Positions 50,581-60,378 of a DNA stretch of 64,000 bases are shown one piece after another. Location of the stretch: the NCBI GenBank assembly GCA_041697335.1, contig JBGUGD010000007.1, forward strand, positions 96,001-160,000, given 5' to 3'. The translations under genes were made by a program, and so were the position numbers. This stretch comes from Vampirovibrionaceae bacterium NZW_1234. GTDB lineage: Bacteria > Cyanobacteriota > Vampirovibrionia > Vampirovibrionales > JAGQHJ01. How positions within the stretch are numbered: position 1 is the stretch's first letter; each line of letters opens with the position of its first letter. The notes under the pieces were generated by a model. It worked only from the letters and a program-made list of their open reading frames with translations, was not told the origin of the DNA and searched no databases.

Positions 50581-50622
50581 AACAGTTAAAAGCCCCTCCG
50601 GACGAACTGTCTGGAGGGGCTT
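50581..50622 (-). terminator. Attenuator terminator upstream of metX
   Basis: Minus strand AAGCCCCTCCAGAC-AGTTC-GTCCGGAGGGGCTT-TTAACTGTT. Confidence 0.88.
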
Positions 50623-50650
50623 GTCAAATCTGATGAGCTTTTGAGTAGGA

Positions 50651-50782
50651 CTAATGCGACAAGAAAGTTCCTCCGGACAGCCTGAACGGCATCGGCATCA
50701 TCATCATCGCCATGGTGGAATGACCCAAGCGCGAAGAAACAACTTGGGAGGGCATGTGTTGAATTGTGGTTAACAACAACAT
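50651..50782 (-). CDS. Met-rich leader peptide of the metX-metB operon
   Basis: MLLLTTIQHMPSQVVSSRLGHSTMAMMMMPMPFRLSGGTFLSH; 6 Met in 8 codons at 50690-50713; alternative in-frame starts exist. Confidence 0.8.
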   Translation of the reverse strand: MLLLTTIQHMPSQVVSSRLGHSTMAMMMMPMPFRLSGGTFLSH

Positions 50783-50840
50783 CTGTATCTCATTCCAGCC
50801 TAAGGTATTATATAAAAACACTTGATGCGTTTGAGGAACC

Positions 50841-50869
50841 ATCGTTGCAAATTTTCAGGGACTTGTCAA
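50841..50869 (-). promoter_or_regulatory. Candidate sigma-70 promoter for the met leader
   Basis: TTGACA-17 nt-AACGAT with upstream TG; an alternative TATAAT lies near 50807-50812. Confidence 0.45.
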
Positions 50870-50905
50870 ACAAAAATTAAAAAACGTAACAGCCAACTCA
50901 AGCGG

Positions 50906-51697
50906 TTATATGGGTTGAAGCAGGGGTGTTGACGCTTGTTGTGCAACAAAATCCCAGAGGGTTTTCCGAGCATTTAGCGCCTCTTCAATGGCCGCTTCTG
51001 CCACTGGAATCAGTGCCGGTGTTTGAGTCAAAAGCTCATCCAGAATTCGATGGGCTCGTGGGCCGTGCTCTTCCCCATCCAGTTGAATGTGACGCTCAAG
51101 GTAAATAAGAAATGAGGCGCAATTTAAGCCGTGACGATGGAGTTCCGAGACCATTTCCATAAACATTTTGGGAATAATATCTTCACGGGCATGAAAGAAC
51201 ACGGCAGCCTGGACTTCCGGTGGGGCCTCCAACACGCGGAACGTGGTTAAGATGAAATTTTGAACTTCAGCAGGTAATGCTGCTTCTGCCAGTGCATCAG
51301 CCAGGGGGTGTCCTTTGTCCAGGGCAGCAATTACTGTTGTAATGGGGCCAAGGTCGCATTTTGCTTCGTCCATTGCGTTTAAATAAAGCTGAAAGTGACT
51401 CAATGTCTGGTTATTAATTCTATCCGTCTCTTCATCTAAGATGATTTCGTTGATCAGGCGAGCCAGTTCCAAGTTTTTGGGAGGCCGCCAAGGGAGGATC
51501 ATGCCTGTCAAATGAAGCTGAAGACTCTTGACCAGTGACATAAAATCCCAGACACAAAAAATGTGATGCTCCATGAACAGTCTTAAGGCTTGAGGAGAAT
51601 CTATCTGGGCGTAAACCGGATGGTCTTTTAACGCGTGTTTAAGCTCAACAATCCGGGACGAGGAAAAGAGTGGCTGTGTCATGGGGCTGACTTTCAT
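50906..51697 (-). CDS. DUF3050-like heme-oxygenase-fold iron enzyme
   Basis: MEHHIFCVWDFMSLVKSLQ, INEIILDEETD, SHFQLYL, YLERHIQLDGEEHGP. Confidence 0.88.
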   Translation of the reverse strand: MKVSPMTQPLFSSSRIVELKHALKDHPVYAQIDSPQALRLFMEHHIFCVWDFMSLVKSLQLHLTGMILPWRPPKNLELARLINEIILDEETDRINNQTLSHFQLYLNAMDEAKCDLGPITTVIAALDKGHPLADALAEAALPAEVQNFILTTFRVLEAPPEVQAAVFFHAREDIIPKMFMEMVSELHRHGLNCASFLIYLERHIQLDGEEHGPRAHRILDELLTQTPALIPVAEAAIEEALNARKTLWDFVAQQASTPLLQPI

Positions 51698-51726
51698 TGA
51701 TTAAGGGGGCCAATTTATCGTAAGGC

Positions 51727-53814
51727 TTACCCGGGGGATTGTCCAGTTGCATGCTGAAGGGCGGTCTTCAGAACGGTCCTGAGGGATTGGGCCATGTCTT
51801 TGTGCGTGTCAGGCAGCCCTGCCAAGTTCCCTTTGACCGGATCGCAAGCAGCGATATATAAGTTCTTGAGCTCAGATTCACTCAACTGCTTCACGCGAGC
51901 TGAGTAATGTTCACTAATGGCCAAAAGCTCTTCACGTATGGCAGGCAGTGGCTCCGGATCTCGCAGTAGTGAAAGTACTTTGGTCTGTGCTGCCGGTGAT
52001 GGAAAGGCAGTTGCCGGAATGCTTTTTTCAATGAATTCAGCAAATTGAGTTGCGAAAGATTTTGCCAGATCGGTTTCATGTTTCTCACCGTCCATAACCA
52101 CGGTAGAGCGCAACGCATTGGCCATACGCTGCAGGACTTTTAAATACTCATTGGGGGCGGTTGAAATACCGCCACTCGACTTTACGATGTCGCTGAGTTC
52201 TTCTTGAAGAATCGATTTCATTGTTTTTCCATTCATCGACAACTCGACCCCTAAGCCATCCGTAAATGATTCCACCGTGTTCATGACGCGACGGTTGAGA
52301 AGTTCAATCCCTTTGTCTGTAGGGCTTTCCCAGGGGCGTTTGTCTTGTTGGAACCGTTCGCTCACCACTTGGCGGATCAGCCCCGCAATTTCACCATCAT
52401 CCAGCGGTCGGTTAAACAGTTTGAGTTGGAACTGGGTGACGGGATCCAAAGGCTGATTTTTCTGTTTGGAAGCGTTGACCTCTTTCACAACCGCTTTAAC
52501 CACACTGATGATGCTGCGAGTACTGTAGCCGGGATTTTGATTAAGAATGGCAATGATGGTTGGGCGCTGGATGGCTTTATTGAGCTTTATTCCACCTTTG
52601 GCCAGCTCATTTAAAACGATTTCTGCCAGTTTATCCTTGGCTGCGTAATCAATAAACAGGATGCCTTCATGGACACGGCTTTTGGCTGCCCCATCAAAGG
52701 CAGGGAGTTGGTTACTGGTTGCCAGAATGCGTAATTTGGGGAGTCGCATCTTTCCACTGGCATTGCCCATGGCATTGACAATGGTTTTGTTCAGTTCCGG
52801 GAACTGCTCCATTTCATTGACGACCAGTAGAATTTCATCAAACGGTTTGCCATGAAGTTTTTCCAAGATTTTTAAGGCATGCTTGGATTCCACCTCATCG
52901 CCCCCGTAGACACGGTAGAGTAAATCTCGCGTACGAGCATCAAAGCCGGGATCGAGGCAAACGACATTTCCCTTTTCGAGACGCTCTCTGGCGACGGTTT
53001 GTAACAGGAATGTTTTGCCTGTACCGGGTGGACCTTGGGCAATGAGAAAATCTTTATGGCCTTTGCGAAAATCGTTGACCATGTCTTGAGTTGCTTGGTC
53101 ATAATAGCGCAAAGATTCCGTAACCGGGGTTTTAACATCTTCGAAAGTTTTAATGGAACGTTTCAGCGCATCTTCAATCGGGCCTTTTTCCATCATGGGC
53201 CGAAAGACATGGCGGAACAACAACCATCCGGCCAGGGAGGTCAAACCAAAAATCAGGATGGGCACAAATGTTTCTTTCAAGGTTTCTGTAAGTGCACCCG
53301 CCGCTTTTTCCGATATGGGTGTAACACGAGCTTGGAATTGATACGGAATGCCCTGCTTGTCGAGGGCATGGGTAAATTCTTTTGTGTTCTTCGGCAGGGT
53401 TGTTTTGAGCCACTGTTGATCGGCTAACTGTAACTTTGCGACCGGCAAGGCCATTAATGCGTGAGTATCGGTTTCAATGATTGCTCCAGTCACTGCATTG
53501 GATTGAATGAGTGTCATAGCATGCGTATAGGGCACAGTGCGAGAAGCACCCGAAGAAGGAGGGTCAATCTTGTCTCGTGTCTCTTGTGGTTGTTGTTTTT
53601 CTACCGCCAGTTCATCGGTGAATGGCTGTGCGGAGATTGAAGCGGTAGGTAATTCCTGCGAGGTTTGGAAAGTACTGTAGTAAGGTTGTGGTGGCCAATA
53701 GGGGCCAGGGTAGTTAGCTTGCATGGGTGTTGAGGAATAGTAGGGTGAAGAATAGGTCGGATAACCCCAGAAGGGATAACGAGCTGAATTGGCATACATA
53801 TAGGGAAACGACAT
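51727..53814 (-). CDS. Membrane-anchored AAA-type ATPase with Y/P/S-rich N-terminus
   Basis: Single TM, Walker A GPPGTGKT, variant Walker B LLVVNE, ATSN; no HExxH seen. Confidence 0.75.
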   Translation of the reverse strand: MSFPYMYANSARYPFWGYPTYSSPYYSSTPMQANYPGPYWPPQPYYSTFQTSQELPTASISAQPFTDELAVEKQQPQETRDKIDPPSSGASRTVPYTHAMTLIQSNAVTGAIIETDTHALMALPVAKLQLADQQWLKTTLPKNTKEFTHALDKQGIPYQFQARVTPISEKAAGALTETLKETFVPILIFGLTSLAGWLLFRHVFRPMMEKGPIEDALKRSIKTFEDVKTPVTESLRYYDQATQDMVNDFRKGHKDFLIAQGPPGTGKTFLLQTVARERLEKGNVVCLDPGFDARTRDLLYRVYGGDEVESKHALKILEKLHGKPFDEILLVVNEMEQFPELNKTIVNAMGNASGKMRLPKLRILATSNQLPAFDGAAKSRVHEGILFIDYAAKDKLAEIVLNELAKGGIKLNKAIQRPTIIAILNQNPGYSTRSIISVVKAVVKEVNASKQKNQPLDPVTQFQLKLFNRPLDDGEIAGLIRQVVSERFQQDKRPWESPTDKGIELLNRRVMNTVESFTDGLGVELSMNGKTMKSILQEELSDIVKSSGGISTAPNEYLKVLQRMANALRSTVVMDGEKHETDLAKSFATQFAEFIEKSIPATAFPSPAAQTKVLSLLRDPEPLPAIREELLAISEHYSARVKQLSESELKNLYIAACDPVKGNLAGLPDTHKDMAQSLRTVLKTALQHATGQSPG

Positions 53815-54653
53815 TAGTGTTGACTCCGTTTTTTAGCCAGTTCAAAGCGACTGAGGAAAATACCAATCATCCCGACGGCAACAGTACCAGCAACGATCAT
53901 GGCCATGAGGTTGCTGGCTCGTCTTAATTCGGAAAAGAGTTTGGTGAAAAATGCTTGATTGTACCTGGGGTTGGTTAGCCCTTTGCTAAGCAGCGACTTG
54001 ATAAACAACGACGGATTTTGACGAGCCATTGCTTTAACTTCGTGAGTTGAAATGCCCAGTGGTTTGGCAATGATAGGAATCGCCAGTTTTTCCAGACCGG
54101 AAGCATTACCTACAACCCGATGAAATTGCTGGGTATACCCAAGCACTTCCCGCTCCATTTGAATGACTTGAGCGGTCATCGGATTGCGCAGCTTGAGGCG
54201 TTTGATGGGTTCAGCCATTTCCAGGGGGGAAGCACCCATGGTTAGTGCCAGGTTTACTCGGGATAGTGTTCCGGCAGAATCGGGATGAAGAATTGTTTGA
54301 CCCATGGGACGAGACATACCATGTTGGGTCAGCCATTGCCCGAGGGATAATGCTTTGTCCCGATGGTGGGTTAATTGGGCAAAGTCTTGGACTATTTGAG
54401 ACTCGGCATTATAGGACTTGTACAGGAGGTAGGCGAGACCACCGGCCATTAAGGATAAAGGAATGTCTGTTCTTACCAAGCGTTGCTGCATGGTTTTTAA
54501 ACGCACTTGTTGTTGAAGAATATGAAAGGAGATGATCTCCTGCTCCATGTCGTCTTCGGGCTCGGATGAATGTTTTTTGGGTGAGGCGGCTCTCAGACTA
54601 CTCCGATGTAATGGAGTAGTGACTTGAGGATAAGGACTCATGAAGTGAACCAC
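53814..54653 (-). CDS. Hypothetical protein with two TM segments
   Basis: 1-nt overlap with the AAA gene; hydrophobic segments near both ends. Confidence 0.7.
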   Translation of the reverse strand: MVHFMSPYPQVTTPLHRSSLRAASPKKHSSEPEDDMEQEIISFHILQQQVRLKTMQQRLVRTDIPLSLMAGGLAYLLYKSYNAESQIVQDFAQLTHHRDKALSLGQWLTQHGMSRPMGQTILHPDSAGTLSRVNLALTMGASPLEMAEPIKRLKLRNPMTAQVIQMEREVLGYTQQFHRVVGNASGLEKLAIPIIAKPLGISTHEVKAMARQNPSLFIKSLLSKGLTNPRYNQAFFTKLFSELRRASNLMAMIVAGTVAVGMIGIFLSRFELAKKRSQH

Positions 54654-54668
54654 CAGGCGGGTCTCCTG

Positions 54669-55934
54669 TTAATCATTCAGATTGAGTGTATAGCGCTCAT
54701 TGGGGTCAAATGTGAGTTTGGGCAGTGGTGCTACGTCTTCCTCATGTTGGTGGGATTGCCCGTTTAACATGGTTGCGCCCGCAGCGGGAGGAACGTGAAA
54801 CAAGGAAACAAACTCCAGCCCTGAAAGTCCTGTTTGATTTGCAGAAGGTACTTTTGAGCGTAAATCCGGATCCGCTTTAACCAGTGCGCGAATGGTTTCG
54901 CTTGGAAGACCGTTTTTGAGCCAATGCTTTATAGGTTTCAGATCCACTTGATACACAGAGGGGGCTTGTTTGGGAAATAAGCGTTCAATCGTTGTCTGAT
55001 AGGTGGATGGCAGTTTGAGGCTATTTGGTATTTGAGCCGGATTGCCGACGTAAGGTTTTACAGGTATACCCACGGCCTTTAAATGGTTTAAATAGCCTTT
55101 CAAATCCTCTTGCTGAGGCTCAACCACAACGGCCAATGTGTCGAATTTCCCAAACTGTTCATGAGCCAGGAGTCCCAGTAGATTCGTTAATCCTGTGGGT
55201 GCAATGTCCATGTTTTCCATGGTTGGGAATTCACGTGCGGAAACCATAACCAGTTCGTTGGATTTTGGTTCAAGAACCTGGGTTAGAACGTATCCCATAG
55301 AGACTGGTGTGGTGTGGGGTTTGTTGTCTTCGGGAAACATCTGATGCACGATTGACAGGAGTGTCGGTTGAGTGGGATCCGCTGGGGGCGTCAGTGAAAT
55401 GTCACATAAGGGGACCGTGTCCATGGATTTGGGATAGGTCCGATATTGGACGGGTTTTTGAGGCACTTTGGCAAAGGCGCCACAGACTGTTGTAAATAAG
55501 CTGCCTTCCGCAGGAATCTCCAGTTTGATTTGGTTCTTGGCAGCGCCATGAAGGGCTTGGCGTTCCATAACCGCCGCCTTGATGCGGTTATCATCACATT
55601 GCGCCGGGGTGACCAGGCGAGTGGCATGGTCATGAACCATATAATCGTGCTGGGTTTGAGCGGAAATATTTCGCATCAATCCGCCAGCTTCAATGGTTTC
55701 ACCTTGTTTAATCTTATCAATACTGTTATAGGCGTTTTCAATAATGCCAATGGATAAGCAAATGGGACACATACAGCCTGCAAAGCGGAGATGGCCTGAG
55801 GGCGAGTTACCAGGCGCTTTGGTTGCAATGAAGCGATCCGTCATGTTGGGCTGCCATGTCAGAGGTTTTTGCCCCGGGATAGGGATCTTCTTCGCAGGGA
55901 ACTGAGAGGATGCTTGAAAAGACTGGACTTTCAT
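54669..55934 (-). CDS. Hypothetical protein with RFAG leader and CMCPIC motif
   Basis: Start set to ATG 55934 (MKVQSFQ) because the upstream ORF extension covers the promoter and Fur-like box. Confidence 0.7.
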   Translation of the reverse strand: MKVQSFQASSQFPAKKIPIPGQKPLTWQPNMTDRFIATKAPGNSPSGHLRFAGCMCPICLSIGIIENAYNSIDKIKQGETIEAGGLMRNISAQTQHDYMVHDHATRLVTPAQCDDNRIKAAVMERQALHGAAKNQIKLEIPAEGSLFTTVCGAFAKVPQKPVQYRTYPKSMDTVPLCDISLTPPADPTQPTLLSIVHQMFPEDNKPHTTPVSMGYVLTQVLEPKSNELVMVSAREFPTMENMDIAPTGLTNLLGLLAHEQFGKFDTLAVVVEPQQEDLKGYLNHLKAVGIPVKPYVGNPAQIPNSLKLPSTYQTTIERLFPKQAPSVYQVDLKPIKHWLKNGLPSETIRALVKADPDLRSKVPSANQTGLSGLEFVSLFHVPPAAGATMLNGQSHQHEEDVAPLPKLTFDPNERYTLNLND

Positions 55935-56006
55935 TGAATTCACAAGCCAATAATGTATTTTCAACGTTGATTTCTTTTGTGGCTGATTGAGGGTGGAGAA
56001 TTTGAG

Positions 56007-56033
56007 TTGCAAATAAGAATCATTCTCAATAAG
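56007..56033. promoter_or_regulatory. Fur-family box 2
   Basis: TTGCAAATAAGAATCATTCTCAATAAG, 25/27 identical to 45928-45954. Confidence 0.7.
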
Positions 56034-56127
56034 CCTGGGTCCACCGTAAGAGAAAAGTACTATGTATGTCAAGTCAAAGAAAAATCGGGCTACTGTCGGT
56101 TTTATATACTTTTCTCTGCCAAAACCT

Positions 56128-57813
56128 TTAATTTGTAGGTTTCGATTGGATACCAAGTCGCTTTACTTCTCGATACAAAGCACTTCGGGTTAAACCGGAG
56201 TCTTCAATCATATTATTGATGCGGTAGTCATGACGCTTGAGCAATTGTTCCAAATAGGATTTTGAAGCTAGATCGACAACGGTTGTCAGTGGCTTCGTAT
56301 CCAAATGCTCGACAGCCTGCTTTAATGATTCAAGCCTTGCTTCAATGGGTGGAATAGGGATAGCCGGATCTGCCTGGAGAGCATTTGTTTTACCTTTCAG
56401 TTCGGTTGGGAGGCCGATACCCAATCGTGACAACTCCCGATAAAAGGTCATCACAGCCAATCCTGATTTTGTAGCTGCCTTTGGGACCTTAAAGTCGTTT
56501 TGCTTCAAGGCATGAAGCAGATAGGTTTTTGCCACAAGGTCTCTTAAGGGAGGCAAGGGGCCATCGATGAATTCGCTGACCGCATGATGGAGTTGCTCTT
56601 CGGTGTCGGCAGGAGCCGCTTCATCTTGAGAACGATTGATACGGAGTAAATCCAAGCGGACCTTGTCATCCCACAGCCCCATATTCTTCGCCGTTGCGGT
56701 AATCACGCCGCCGCACAGCTGGTGACGTTGTTGAAGCACCGTTTGATAGACCAGGGCATGAAGTTTATCCCAGGTCAGGTCACCAAAGGCGGCAAGGACC
56801 TGCGCGAGAACACCATTACGAGTATCTGGGGTCAAATTATCTAAATTCATCGGTTTTGCTGAAGGCGGGCTTATTCCCAGATCAGTGGCCTGGATTGCGG
56901 ATTCTTCTCCATTAATCACTGCGCGTTCAATCACGTTCTCCAATTCGCGAATATTGCCTGGCCATGGAGCATTTTTTAAAGTATGGAGGGCCTCTTCAGA
57001 AAACCCACCCGGAAAGGGCTTCCCATATCTTTCGCTGAATTTTGCCAGAAAGTGGTTTGCCAACAGCGGAATATCTTCCTGGCGCTCTCGTAACGGGGGC
57101 ACCCGAATGGGAAACACATTGAGTCGGAAGAACAAGTCATCGCGAAACTTTTTTTCGTCGACCATTTTGGGGAGATCCTGCTTGGTGGCCGTGATGACGC
57201 GAACATCAACGGGGATTTCATCGTTACCCCCCACCCGTTTGATGGTTCGCTCCTGAAGTGTGCGCAGCAGATCCGATTGACACTTGGTCGACATATCACC
57301 CACTTCGTCGAGAAACAATGTTCCACCTGAAGCTTGCTCAAAGATGCCAATACGTTGGCCCGCTGCACCACTGAAGGAGCCTTTCTCATGGCCAAACAGC
57401 TCCGATTCTAAAAGACCTTCCGGGAACGCTGCACAATTCAGGGCTTTCAGCTTTTTACGCGGGCTTAATCCATGAATGGCTTTTGCAACCAGTTCTTTAC
57501 CTGTCCCTGTTTCACCGAGGATGAGTATCGTGGCCGTGGTTGGAGCCACTTTCTGTATTGTTTTGCGGACCTGCTGCATGGCCGGGCTGGTGCCGATGAG
57601 AAAGCGGTCCAGATTGGCTGGAGTAATTTCCTGCGTTTTTATGGATACGCTTTGAAGCGGCTCGTTTCCGGTAAACCGGAATGAAGCTGAATAGAAATAT
57701 GTGGCGGTAGATTGAGGCTTTTGATCTCGATAATGGGTACGGCTTGCACTTGTGTAAAACGACTGAGGCACATAACTATGCCCTAGTGTGCTATATGAAC
57801 CAAGTCGCATCAT
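56128..57813 (-). CDS. Sigma-54-interacting AAA+ activator (bEBP) with repeated Fis-type HTH
   Basis: [51 protein letters not shown]. Confidence 0.92.
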   Translation of the reverse strand: MMRLGSYSTLGHSYVPQSFYTSASRTHYRDQKPQSTATYFYSASFRFTGNEPLQSVSIKTQEITPANLDRFLIGTSPAMQQVRKTIQKVAPTTATILILGETGTGKELVAKAIHGLSPRKKLKALNCAAFPEGLLESELFGHEKGSFSGAAGQRIGIFEQASGGTLFLDEVGDMSTKCQSDLLRTLQERTIKRVGGNDEIPVDVRVITATKQDLPKMVDEKKFRDDLFFRLNVFPIRVPPLRERQEDIPLLANHFLAKFSERYGKPFPGGFSEEALHTLKNAPWPGNIRELENVIERAVINGEESAIQATDLGISPPSAKPMNLDNLTPDTRNGVLAQVLAAFGDLTWDKLHALVYQTVLQQRHQLCGGVITATAKNMGLWDDKVRLDLLRINRSQDEAAPADTEEQLHHAVSEFIDGPLPPLRDLVAKTYLLHALKQNDFKVPKAATKSGLAVMTFYRELSRLGIGLPTELKGKTNALQADPAIPIPPIEARLESLKQAVEHLDTKPLTTVVDLASKSYLEQLLKRHDYRINNMIEDSGLTRSALYREVKRLGIQSKPTN

Positions 57814-58170
57814 TACCGAACCCATCTATGAATCGCTCATTCGGGGGATTAGTTAGTGTCAGCGCTTTGAAACAGAGGCCTTACCGTCCCCAACCAATTC
57901 CATTGTATGTAAGTCATCACGGCGACTTCAAGCTTAGGTTTTAAAACTGTTACAATATTGAACTAAATTTGAAGGTCTAAATGATAATTGAGATCGTAAC
58001 CGTTAAAGCCTGAAGTGGTTATTCTGTTTAAGTTCGGAACAATTTCTGTTGGGGCCACCCAGTATTGATTTACTCTAAAGATCACGCCTTCTGCTTTACG
58101 GTAGAAGATGCCCCTTATTATTTTGATAAGCGGGTTCGTATCCTATAGTAGGCTATGCCCAATTCGCTTT

Positions 58171-58788
58171 TTAAGCCATCCAGAAGGGTTGTGGATTGAT
58201 TTGGGCGTTCGGTACAACAACGCGTATGGCATCGGTTGCAAGAGGGCCTGCCGGGGTGGTGATATTTTTGTAGGAATCGATGTACGAATCGAGGACCCCT
58301 TTGGCTTCGAAGGTTGGGACGTAAATATCAACGCCGCCTTGAGCCCCTTTGACTGTTAGTCCCGGAACCAATGGGACTGCGGGTCTTTCCTGAACTCCCA
58401 TAACGAGATGGCGCAAATTATTGGCCGATAAAAACTTTTCAACGGCCCCACGAGCCGACAAGATGGCCGGATCAATCCCTCGGGAATACATCGGTTGGCT
58501 CACCGGCATATAAGACGCATAACTTTGCTGGAATGCCGGGTTCGGGAGGGCCGGTGGAGCATTAAATGCTGTGCTTGTGTATGCGGCTTGGCTTGGGGGG
58601 AACATATTTTGCATCGGCTGAGCTGCTGCATAGGCCGATGGAAAGCTTGGTGTCGGCAGGGCCGGTGGAACAAAAGCGGGTGGATTATTAAACGCATTTT
58701 GCTGAGCGGCGTATGGCGACATTTGCGGATTCAATGCATTTTGTTGTTGCATCATTGGATTGGGTAATACTGGAGAGAGGCTGTACAT
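58171..58788 (-). CDS. Hypothetical protein with P/Q/A/N-rich low-complexity N-half
   Basis: RBS GGGAG; 205-aa ORF. Confidence 0.7.
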   Translation of the reverse strand: MYSLSPVLPNPMMQQQNALNPQMSPYAAQQNAFNNPPAFVPPALPTPSFPSAYAAAQPMQNMFPPSQAAYTSTAFNAPPALPNPAFQQSYASYMPVSQPMYSRGIDPAILSARGAVEKFLSANNLRHLVMGVQERPAVPLVPGLTVKGAQGGVDIYVPTFEAKGVLDSYIDSYKNITTPAGPLATDAIRVVVPNAQINPQPFWMA

Positions 58789-59373
58789 GTTCCGAAAACT
58801 CCCAGGCCATTAGTAAACTAGACTGTACCCCATATAAACCCCCACGTCTTCTAAAATTGTCATAAGGATGAATTTTTGTTGCAATATTCTGAAATGTTCC
58901 AATATAACAGAGGGTTTGAGCTGTTTACGACTCAAAAGCCCTCAGTCTTTCATTAAGATTGAGGGCGTCGTGGTTGTGTTTTCAGGGATGGAAAGGGTTA
59001 TGGCCGAGATTCCAAAATCAATTGGCCATAAGTCTCTAACCACTGAACAAGTTGTGTAAGTGCACTTCTCATTGCCGTAGCTCCTTTTGTTTACTGTGTG
59101 AGCCTATGATAAAAGGGATACGGCAATCAGAAATCAACTGTTCACAGTATTTGGCCATGCGGTTGAGTTGTCAAGGTTGTCAGCCTAGAACAGATGCTTT
59201 TCTCTCAGTATTTAAAAATATTTTCAGGATTCATTTTGCTCAATGCTAGACCAGTTTCGTGTTTTATCGAAAGAGATGTGAATGTTCGATTTCGAGGATC
59301 GAACGCATGAATCCATAAGCGTCGGGGTGGTTCTGTATGGAGAGTCTGTTGCTCGAATTCGTCTCGAATTCGA

Positions 59374-59450
59374 GCCTCGTTTTTTCGGAGGATTTACGCT
59401 ATGCTGAAGTCCCAATATTCACGTATTGATCTGTCTCGATAAGATCAAAA
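59374..59450 (+). repeat. About 75-bp direct repeat, copy 1
   Basis: GCCTCGTTTTTTCGGAGGATTTACG.TATGCTGAAGTCCCAATATTCA..TATTGATCTGTCTCG shared with 60292-60365. Confidence 0.93.
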
Positions 59451-59497
59451 AGTTACGAAAATTGGTGATCAGAAACGCCCAGGAGTCATGTCATCAA

Positions 59498-60199
59498 ATG
59501 TTTTCGTTTTTGAAACGCTCGAAGCTTAGCCCAGAAGAGCCAGATGGCCATTACGACATAGAAGGGATTCGTTTATATCGTGATGGTTTTAATCTCTCGT
59601 GGCTTGTGGAACTCAATGTTCAGCCTGAGGTTATTGTTGATGTTGGGAGTTATGATGGTGGGGACGCCATTCGTTTCAAGCTTGCCTATCCAACCGCTAG
59701 GGTTGTGGCTATTGAGGCTGATCCAGATAGAGCTCCAATTGTTCGCTCTAATGCTGAGCAACATGGCGTAGTAGTAATCGAAGCTGCAGCGTTTAAAATA
59801 GATGGCTCAATTCCTTGGTATCAGGCCACTATAAACGGCTTAGTCCATGCACAGGGCTCTGCTTATCTACAAACTGATGAGATGAATGAGAGATATCCTC
59901 ATGTATGTCAGAAAACTGTTCCGAGGACTGTTCCTGCTGTAAGGCTGGATTCTATATTCTCGCATATTGACGTTCTGCACGTTGATGCTCAAGGTTCTGA
60001 ATACGATGTATTGATTGGCTTAGGAGATATACGCCCTGCTATTGTATTCCTTGAAACTATGGACGGTTGGGTTGGAGCCAAAAGCGTTAAAGAACTCTGT
60101 AGTTTAATGCAAAATCTAGGCTATGTCCTTGGAAGAGATTTAGTTTCTGATCGTCTGTATATTAGAAAGAATCTTTTCTTACGATGGCCCTGGATATAA
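59498..60199 (+). CDS. FkbM-family SAM methyltransferase
   Basis: IVDVGSYDG, VVAIEADP, VRLDS, LHVDAQGSEYDVL. Confidence 0.88.
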   Translation: MFSFLKRSKLSPEEPDGHYDIEGIRLYRDGFNLSWLVELNVQPEVIVDVGSYDGGDAIRFKLAYPTARVVAIEADPDRAPIVRSNAEQHGVVVIEAAAFKIDGSIPWYQATINGLVHAQGSAYLQTDEMNERYPHVCQKTVPRTVPAVRLDSIFSHIDVLHVDAQGSEYDVLIGLGDIRPAIVFLETMDGWVGAKSVKELCSLMQNLGYVLGRDLVSDRLYIRKNLFLRWPWI

Positions 60200-60291
60200 T
60201 GTAATTAATGAATTTTGCTTTTGATAATTTGACTAACTTACTCTGATGGTAGATGAAATCTCTTGCAATGCAAATTTAACCCTCGAGTCGC

Positions 60292-60365
60292 GCCTCGTTT
60301 TTTCGGAGGATTTACGGTATGCTGAAGTCCCAATATTCAATATTGATCTGTCTCGTAAGATAAAA
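60292..60365 (+). repeat. About 75-bp direct repeat, copy 2 (tpx upstream region)
   Basis: Near-identical to 59374-59450; contains the palindrome CAATATT-c-AATATTG; runs into the tpx RBS. Confidence 0.93.
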
Positions 60366-60378
60366 GGAGTGTACTACA

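Noticed and set aside
50560..50800. SAM-I riboswitch, T-box, or plus-strand His-run leader before metX
   Set aside because: No SAM-I or T-box core seen; operon orientation and hairpin order fit the minus-strand Met reading
55935..56156. N-terminal 74-aa extension of ORF 54669..56156
   Set aside because: Overlaps the upstream gene end, a TTGACA element and the Fur-like box; ATG 55934 is more plausible
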